The notes beneath the pieces are model-generated. The model was not told where the DNA came from, did not search any database, and saw only the letters and a list, made by a program, of their open reading frames with translations. Both the position numbers and the translations under genes were made by a program. From contig OX597825.1 of NCBI GenBank assembly GCA_951406725.2, forward strand, positions 29,140,001-29,204,000: a stretch of 64,000 bases of DNA, read 5' to 3'. The DNA comes from Octopus vulgaris. Taxonomy: Eukaryota. Below, piece after piece: positions 54,736-64,000 of this stretch (position 1 is the first letter of the stretch; every line of letters begins with the position of its first letter).

Positions 54736-55414
54736 GATTTTTGTTAATAAGAAATCTTTATTAAATGCTATATCTCCATTTCCTTGTTTTTCATATTGAT
54801 AGTTTATAAATATTTCAAAATATTTTACTAGTTATTTCACAAGTTTTAGTTTAATTTTGCAAAAACAAATCTCATCCTGTTTACTATTTATTTTTCTCCT
54901 GCTTTGCTTTGCTCTTTCAAGCCCTTTAAGGCAAAACTTAGTAAATGAGTTTTTAAGAAAGCTTTTTAATTTAGTCAACATAATATTAGCTTTAAGATGA
55001 ATACGTATAATCTTAAATTACTTCGGGGTTTATAAAAAGTCCTCTTGTACCATTATTAAATAAATTGTTTTTTAATTAATATCTTAAAATTTGTGACTAT
55101 GAAATATTAATTATTTTTCTCCTCTGTTTTACAAGGCTTTAACAATAACATTATTCTATGAATTTCTAGAAACAGAAGCTAAAATGTCCCTTAAATTACA
55201 CCCTGTGTTGTTTAAAATTCTAATGTACACATTAGATAATGTAGTTCTAGCTGGTGGTACTTAAATCTAAGCTGTAATGCTTTCTTTGGTGCATTGTAAA
55301 TTCACTAGGGTTGGCAAATGTCAGTGGGTACTCTGAAAAGTATTTGGTGGGTAGGATTGTGATTTTTCCGAGAAAGAAAGTTTTTAAACCAGGTACCATA
55401 CTTATATTTTAAAC

Positions 55415-56089
55415 ATGCCAGTACTGCCTGACTGGCACCTGTGCCAGTGGCACGTAAAAAGCATCATTTGAGCATGACCACTTCTAGTCAGTGCCATCTA
55501 ACTTGCTCCCATGCTGGTGGCACGTAAAAAGCACCATTCGAGCATGGCCACTGCCAGTGCCAATGACTGGCTCCCATGCTGGTGGCACATAAAAAGCACC
55601 ATCTGGGCATGGTTGTTGCCAGTGTCGCTTAACTGGCTCCCATGCCAGTGACATGTATAAGGCATTCAAGTGTAGTTGATGCCAATGCTACCTGACTGGT
55701 CCCATGCTGGTGGCACATAAAAAGTACCATTTGAGCATGGTTGTTGCTGGTGCTGCCTGACTGGCTCCTGTGCCACTGACACGTATAAAGCACCATTTGA
55801 ACGTGGTTGATGCCAGTGCCGCCTGACTGGTCCTGTGCCAGCAGTATGTAAAAAGCCCCATTCAAGAATGGTCAATGCCAGTACTGCCTCACTGGCCCTC
55901 ATGCCAGTAGCACATAAAATGCACCCACTACACTTTGGGAGTGGTTGGCATTGGGAAGGGCATCCAGCTATAGAAACCTTGCCAGACGAGATTGGAGCCT
56001 CGTACAGCCTTCTGTCTTGCCAGTTCTCAGTTAAACCATCCAACCCATGCCAGCATGGAAAGCAGACGTTAAACGACAGTGATGATGAT
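55415..56089 (+). mobile_element. family B with about 8-9 tandem subrepeats of about 58 bp
   Basis: repeated GACTGGCTCCCATGCTGGTGGCACRTAAAAAGCACC units then the standard 3' end. Confidence 0.85.
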
Positions 56090-56212
56090 CTTCATCATCA
56101 CCATCACTACCACCAATATCATTATTATCGTCGTCAACATAGTTGTTGTCGTCAGCATCATCATCATCATCATCATTGTTGTTGTCACCACCACCATCAT
56201 CTTCATTGATTT

Positions 56213-56350
56213 TGTTTTCCATGCTGGCATGGAACCAGTAAGCTGGAGAGCTCCAGTCTGATTTTGGCTTGGTTTCTACAGCTTGATGCCCTTCCTAACA
56301 CCAAAAAACTACAAGAGTGTAAGTGGGCGCCTTTTATGTGTCACCAGCAC
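56213..56350 (-). mobile_element. family B 3' fragment, tail-to-tail with the preceding copy
   Basis: TTTTCCATGCTGGCATGG...GATGCCCTTCCTAACACCAA. Confidence 0.7.
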
Positions 56351-56683
56351 AGGAATTGGTCAGCAGGCTTCCATAGGGAATTGAACCCTACACCTCCCAA
56401 ATGCCAGCTGGGCAGATATTTTTCAAAAAAGAAAAAGAGAGAACTTCATCAATTTCAAGATATTTCTCCTGTCTATCAAAAACCTTGTTAACTTACAACG
56501 TTCTGAAGTGGGGACTGCAGCTCAGTTTAGTATCACTAACTAGAACCATGTTATGTAATGTGAACATTAGTACTTTTAGTACATACAGTTCTATATTTAA
56601 TAGATGAGGAATTATGTACATTATGTACATTATTTACAATATTTACATTTGACGGATATTTGTCCTTATCATGTTTGCTGTTA

Positions 56684-56728
56684 ACACAATGTTTCGACTG
56701 ATATACCCTCCAGCCTTTCATCAGGTGT
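56684..56728 (-). ncRNA. minimal hammerhead ribozyme, left arm
   Basis: minus: ACAC-CTGATGA-AA-GGCTG(GAGGGTATAT)CAGTC-GAAA-CA-TT-GTGT. Confidence 0.65.
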
Positions 56729-56818
56729 CGCGGGCAAATTTCGAGCCTGGGTTCTCATTTCTAAGGTATTTTTCGATGTTATCATGATTATTATTATTAT
56801 CATTCTTCAGGTCACTGC

Positions 56819-56868
56819 TTGGAATCAAACTCAGAATCTTGGGGTTAGTAGCCCGCGTTCTAACCACA
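56819..56868 (-). promoter_or_regulatory. tRNA-like Pol III internal promoter remnant
   Basis: minus: TGTGGTTAGAACGC (A-box side), GGG-CTACTAA-CCC anticodon-like arm, GAGTTTGATTCC (B box). Confidence 0.6.
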
Positions 56869-56879
56869 GTAACCTGAAC

Positions 56880-56913
<34 letters not shown>

Positions 56914-56961
56914 TTGAAAAATACCTTAGGAATGAGAACCCGGGTTTGAAATTTCCCCAAG

Positions 56962-57005
56962 ACACCTGATGAAGGCTGGAGGGTATATCAGCTGAAATGT
57001 TGTGT
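56962..57005 (+). ncRNA. minimal hammerhead ribozyme, right arm
   Basis: ACAC-CTGATGA-A-GGCTG(GAGGGTATAT)CAGCT-GAAA-TG-TT-GTGT. Confidence 0.65.
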
Positions 57006-57309
57006 TAACAACAAACAGGATGAGGACAAATATCTGTCAAATGTAAATAATGTACTGTTAGTACGTCACAGCATAGGGTATAATTTAAGGGCCATTTCAG
57101 ATTCTGTTTCTAGAAAGTCATAGGATATGAATAGGAAGGACATTATGTTATTTTTGAGCAGAAAACATAATTTCTGATGTACCAAGACCAAATCTAATTT
57201 CTAATTTCTTCATATGGATCCTCACTTTCTTCAACAATTCCCATAAAAATTTGATGCAGGATCGCTGGTTTCCATAAATATCTAAAACAGGAGGCACTCA
57301 CACTTACCA

Positions 57310-57371
<62 letters not shown>

Positions 57372-57528
57372 ACACAATCCCTTGTCCAAACGGTTTTACA
57401 CAGAACTCATCTGCACACCAAATTTTGTGCTTTGTGCCAAACATAACTGGATGTGATCCACTCTTAACCCAAGCCAATTGTGCCTCAATGGTCCTCTCAG
57501 TCAGATGTGCCTCTACTGCTTGCTATTA

Positions 57529-57577
<49 letters not shown>

Positions 57578-57580
57578 GTA

Positions 57581-57985
57581 TTCTTTATTCTTTTACTTGT
57601 TTCAGTCATTTGACTGTGGCCATGCTGGAGCACCGCCCTCAGTCAAGCAAATCAACCCCAGGACTTATTCTTTGTAAGCCTAGTACTTACTCTATCAGTC
57701 TCTTTAACCAAACTGCTAAGTTACAGGGACGTAAACACACCAGCATCTGTTGTCAAGTGATGTTGTGGGGACAAACACAGACACACAAACAAACACACAC
57801 ACACATACATATATATATATACATATATATGATGTGCTTCTTTCAGTTTCCATCTACCAAATTCACTCGCGAGGCTTTGGTCAGCCCAAGGCTATAGTTG
57901 AAGACACTTGCCTAAAGTGCCACACAGTGGGACTGAACCCAGAACCATGTGGTTGGTAAGCAAGCTACTTACCACACAGCCACTC
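57581..57985 (-). mobile_element. family A SINE
   Basis: matches 1513-1914. Confidence 0.9.
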
Positions 57986-58912
57986 CACTCTTACGCCTAT
58001 TATTATTTTTTGTTATTATTTTGTGTGCTTGTGACTTCGAAGACTGAAAATGTCAAAGAGAGTTGCTGGCTTCCCCCTGGGTAGTAAAACGTGAGAAGAA
58101 AAAGGAAGCATCTGTCATTGTCAAAGCAACTGTGACAACGTTAATGTATCCTCGTCTTGAGAACCGTCATTCCAAGTATAATGTGTCTTTACTATGAGTT
58201 TATGTAAATGTGCTTAGCTTCATCTGAGACTGCTTATGTAAAAAGTTTTACTGGGTGTTTAACTCGGAAATATAAACTATGTTAGTAATAGTATCATCTA
58301 TTTTTCTCACTTTATTTAACAGTTTATTGCAATACTAATAAACTACGATATTATTTCAAGTCTTTTTCACTCAGTATGAATATTCATAATGCTAATGAAC
58401 ACAACTCTAGATTATTGCATAAGGCTGCTTATATAATGTCGACAAGTACTTGGTATCTAGGTATCTGGTTTAGGATGTATTTTTGTTATATCTGTAGAGC
58501 TAAGCAGTAATATTTTCCTCATAATTATACTAAGCTGGTAAAATCCATTTACAGTAAAAACCATTTACAGTCATACTTGCCAAGATTTATCAATACAGTT
58601 TAGTGAAATCCATGTGGGCTCAAAACTTAGGTTCAAATTAGGATTGTGATATCTACAAATGTGATCTTTGTTTTCAGTATTTGTGGGGTTGATCTAGGTT
58701 ATAGCTTAGAACATGACTTAGAATCAAGGATATAATCTGTGAATATATTGAATTACCATTTCCAAGACCAAGAATATTCTGAATTCTAAAACCTACCTAG
58801 CTCCAAGGGTTTCAAATAAGAGATTATGTACCTCTCTCTCTCATTATTTTTCCCTTTCTACATCTCCTCCTCTCCATCTCTATCCATATAGATTTGTGTA
58901 TGTATCTGTATG

Positions 58913-58955
<43 letters not shown>

Positions 58956-59908
58956 CAGTGAGAGAGCAAGAGAGAGACATATGTACATCTATATACATGT
59001 ATATGTTTGTGTATATATGTGTATATACAAGGAAGATGGGCGTTAAATGATGGCGATGATGATGATATATGTGTATATATATATATATATATAATAATAA
59101 TATTAGGGAATAAATCCAAACTTACAGGGAAAAATTAGATTTAGGATTAAATCCAATCTTATAGTATAAATATATTATATTATATTATATTAAATTAGAG
59201 ATAAAACCACTATCAGGCAATTCAAACAGTGAAAAACATAAGCCAATACATAAAATTAATTTAAAAATATAAAAGTTAAAATTTTAAAAATTATTTAAAT
59301 AATTTAAACTTATAAATTTTAAATATATATATACAAATATATATATATATGTATGTATATTTTTATATTTATATATTATTTTATTTATTAATTTATTTAT
59401 TTATTAATTTTTTAAAAAAATATTTTTTATTATATAAATATCAAAAGTATTAAAAGTATGAAACACGAAATGTGTACAATAAAAAAGTACGAAGCACAAG
59501 TACATGGAACATGAAATATTTTTTCGAACAACGAAAGACAAATGGAAAATGTACTCGTGTTTCATACTTTTTGTTGTGCACGTTTTGTGACATCCTGTGC
59601 CCATATATACATTTAGATGTAAGTATGTATATATACGTATGTATATATGCATAGAAATATATATTATTTATATCATATATATATATATAGTAGAAATATG
59701 TTTTGAAAAAAAATATAAAGTACACGTGGAAGTGTAAGGGTAAAATAAGAAAAGCCAACGAAAATGCATATTGCAGGTATAAAAAGACTATTTATGAAAG
59801 ATAGTGACAAAAATATACATTTAGAGTATTATGAGTCAAAAAGGTCATTATTATTGATGATTATAAGAAGTTAATAATAATAATAATAATAATAAGGTAA
59901 GGGACTGA

Positions 59909-59950
<42 letters not shown>

Positions 59951-59953
<3 letters not shown>

Positions 59954-60157
59954 GTTAATCCAAACATGAACTAAGAGAAAACACAACAACGCAAGGACAT
60001 GGAACAAGCATAGTGTTATTGGACGCTCAGGAAAGGAAAGAAAGAAGGAGGATTTAACGTTTCGAGTGGAGCACTTCATCAAAAACATAGAAATAGGAGA
60101 GATCCAAGGAAGGAAAAAGGGAGAAAGAAAAGCGCCAACGATACACACATGGTCACA
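59951..60157 (-). mobile_element. family F element (core TTGATGA)
   Basis: matches 34940-35150; starts at (TA)n. Confidence 0.8.
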
Positions 60158-60467
60158 TATATGAATATGTATATATGTGTTTGTGTGTGTGTCCATGGGC
60201 ACTTGTGCATATGGATGTTTTGTTCATAGATTAAACTAGAGTTTTTTAAACATTTTCAATGTGGAAATTTAAGTAGACATGCCAATATCTTCTTGTGCTC
60301 TTAGCATATAAACAACAATATAGGTGATTGCTTTCACTGATTATAAGGTTCATTCACTACTCCTTGGAGTAATAAGTACCCACTTATTCTTCTGCTCTCA
60401 ATTAGAACTGAGAATAAATTCTTATTTCAAATATAACACAACCTACAAATTTTGAAGCCATAAGATA

Positions 60468-60914
60468 CTATATATATATATATAGATACATACATATAAA
60501 AACATACATACATACATGTACATACATAAATACATACATATATACATATACATATGTATATACATACATATACATGCATACATGCATATATACATATACA
60601 TACATGCAACAATACATATATATGTGTGAGTATGTGTGTGTGTGTATATATATTTGTGTTGTTTTTGATTTCCCATAAGCAAATATTTTCATTTCTGATT
60701 TCCAGTATTGCATAAAAAAAGATAAGAGTACAGGTAAACTGCCGAGTTTGTATATGTATGTATGTATATGTATGCTGGTGTGCATGCATGAGTGTACATA
60801 CATGCATTTGTATATTCATATGTACATGAGTGTATATACATGCATATAAATATATGTATACAAATGTATGCATCTCTCACTCTCTCACTCTCTCTCTCTT
60901 TCTATATACCTACA

Positions 60915-60949
<35 letters not shown>

Positions 60950-60986
60950 ATACATATGTATGTGTATATACATATATATACATATG

Positions 60987-61023
<37 letters not shown>

Positions 61024-61191
61024 GTATTTATGATATATGTATATGTATAAATACCTATATGCATATGAATATGTATGCTTAAACATGTACACACACATAC
61101 ACACACATATATATCTGTACATATATACGCACATGTATGCATAGATATGTATATATACATATATGTATATGCGCATGTCTCCACATATATA

Positions 61192-61235
<44 letters not shown>

Positions 61236-61641
61236 AATATTAATATATATGTCTGTATACTACATACGAAATTATATGCACTAGACATACATGTCAATGT
61301 GAATCTGTGTATGAATGCAAGAAAGAGTACGAGGGAAGAGAAAAGGAGGATTAATGAAGGGAGAGGGAAAGAGAAGGAAAGAGAGATAACGTGGTATATA
61401 TTTAGAAAGAGGTGGCGGGAATACACAGACTGGGGGGGAAACTGATAAGAGGAATGTATTGTATAATAAAGAGGCTTTAGTGAGAGATCTATAGAGGAGG
61501 TGGGTGGAGTGTGGCAGTGATTTAAATGGAAAAATAGAGAAAAATAATAGGAAAATGATTTATGTATTTCGTGTGTAATTGTTTTAAGGCACCTACTGGT
61601 ACCAACACACAACGATAAATGAATATACACATACATGTCTG

Positions 61642-61674
<33 letters not shown>

Positions 61675-61716
61675 GCATATATGTGTGTGTGCATATGTGT
61701 GTGTGTATATATATAA

Positions 61717-61781
<65 letters not shown>

Positions 61782-61957
61782 GCACACGCACATATATCTA
61801 TATGTATATGTCTATACAAAAATACATATGTACATTTATATATATACATATATATAATATACATATATATATAGATGTTTATATATGTATATGTATATAT
61901 ATTTACACACGCACATACCTATACATATATTTATACACAAATGTACACACATATATG

Positions 61958-62014
<57 letters not shown>

Positions 62015-62458
62015 GCGTATATATATATGTGTATATATATATGTGTATATATATATGTATATGTGTATATATATGTATATATATACATATAAATTTATAC
62101 ACATTTTTATATAAAATAGACTATTCTGATTGGTATATACTGGAAATAGCTGCGAATATATGCATAAATACACTTTTATACGAATACAGATAATAACAGA
62201 TACACACACACACATAAATGTGCACACACACATACACATGCACTCGCACACATGCATACACATACAAATACACACATGTGCACACACATGCCTCACACAC
62301 ATATAGCAAGATTTACAAGTTTCATTATAGTACTTGTGGGAATACTTGCAAATATGCGTACATACTACCATATAAAAACAAACACAATATCACCCAGAGG
62401 CACACCAATGTATTTATACATACATAAATATTATACATATATACATACATACCCACAC

Positions 62459-62549
<91 letters not shown>

Positions 62550-62782
62550 TATATATGTATGTGTGTGTATATATATATGTAAATATACATGCATGCATAT
62601 ATATATCTATTTATATATGTATATATGTGGGTGTTTGTATATACATGTGCATGTATGTCTATATATATATGTATATACATACGTATATATATGTATATAT
62701 ATATAAGTATGTATACATATATATATGTGTGTTTGCATACGTATATATATATGTATATGTGTATATATATAAATATATATGT

Positions 62783-62835
<53 letters not shown>

Positions 62836-62865
62836 GTACATAGATGTATGTATATACGTGTATAC
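60468..62865. repeat. extended (TA)n/(TATG)n/(CATA)n microsatellite field
   Basis: direct reading; purine-rich island at about 61320-61560. Confidence 0.9.
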
Positions 62866-63799
62866 ATAACAGATAAACAACAGTCTGGTAACTAGGATGG
62901 TTGCAAGAGCTGCAAATATATCAACACAGAAACATTACTTTTGCCAAAATCAACAAATGGTGGGAAAGGAAAAGAAAAAAACACAAAGGAAGAATAAAAA
63001 CATCAACAACAACAACAATCGCAAGTAAAAAGCAATTTTCTAAAGGTGAGGGCAGACATTTACAGCAAGTTTAGTTAGTTATTTGATTTATATTCATTTT
63101 ATTTGTTGTATATTAATCAATGTGAAATTAAAGTACTAGAGATTGGTAGAATAATAGTGATGGAGTAGTGACTATGGTGGGTACATTTTTTTCTGTTTGC
63201 TACGTTTAAAACAAACATAAAGAGCTATGATACAGAAAGAGTGACTGATGCGGACAAAAATAAAATAAAATAAAAGATGCTATTGTGGTTATAATATTCA
63301 TGGTGCAAACAGTCCAATTCTATGCAAAGTGAGTTTGTTTTGAGACCCTGGTTCAATTCAAAGTAGTCTTTATTTCACTTGCTACACTAAACAAGAACAA
63401 ATTTACATCTCCTATTCTGAAGTGACTTTATGCAGACCACCCATAGTTGGAAGGGATATCTAACTGCTTTTATTGCACTGGTGGATATATTAATAAAATA
63501 TTTCATTTATTTTTTTAAATATTATCTAAATATTTGACTTATTCCCATTTGGCATGTGTAAAGTTAAACTATTGTTGAGATGTTCTTTTGAGAATACAAT
63601 GAGGCCCTTGTTAAATGGTCCCACCTCTTGCTGAAAGGGGTTTCCAGTATATCAGAAATAATAACAATAATAATAATCCTTTCTACTGGTCTTAAAAAAA
63701 TCATCTGAGGGCTCGTCAATGGAGAGATTGCTCTGTGTGATGGGGTGTGATGTGTGTGTTGTTGGGACAGCTATCATCTGTCAAGATAAAGCAATCATC

Positions 63800-63833
<34 letters not shown>

Positions 63834-64000
63834 ATGTATATACATATATATGTATGTATGTATGTTTGTATGTATACACACACGTGTTTATATATACATA
63901 AGTATGTATATATACACACACATGTGTATATGTATGTATGTATGTATGTATATATATATATATCTATATATATCAAGGTGCAGGCATAGGTAGGTGGTAA

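Larger units (their letters stand above)
56585..57056 (-). mobile_element. fold-back element with tRNA-like centre and a hammerhead in each arm
   Basis: arms about 56625-56817 and 56867-57056 are reverse complements. Confidence 0.85.

Overview
AT-rich eukaryotic intronic/intergenic DNA saturated with microsatellites ((TA)n, (CA)n, (TATG)n, (TAA)n, (ACT)n, (GAT)n) and interspersed repeats. The repeat repertoire is most consistent with an octopus genome (inference from recalled repeat content, not a database search). No intact host gene is supported, and nearly all listed ORFs are microsatellite artefacts. Recognisable coding remnants are a 5'-truncated RTE-clade LINE with a PHD-like finger inside its reverse transcriptase (50879-52561), an older RTE fragment, an R4/Dong-type endonuclease fragment and mariner remnants. 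There are dozens of tRNA-derived SINE copies (working names A, C, D, E), RTE 3'-UTR copies (B), and piggyBac-, pogo- and mariner-like MITEs. The least expected signal is about a dozen minimal type-I hammerhead ribozyme motifs from several unrelated families, many in fold-back elements next to (TA)n tracts, as expected for Penelope-like pseudo-LTRs. One of them (56585-57056) has a tRNA-like Pol III promoter at the centre of a palindrome with a hammerhead in each arm: a candidate ribozyme-bearing, Penelope-mobilised SINE. All alignments and folds were done by eye, so boundaries are approximate.
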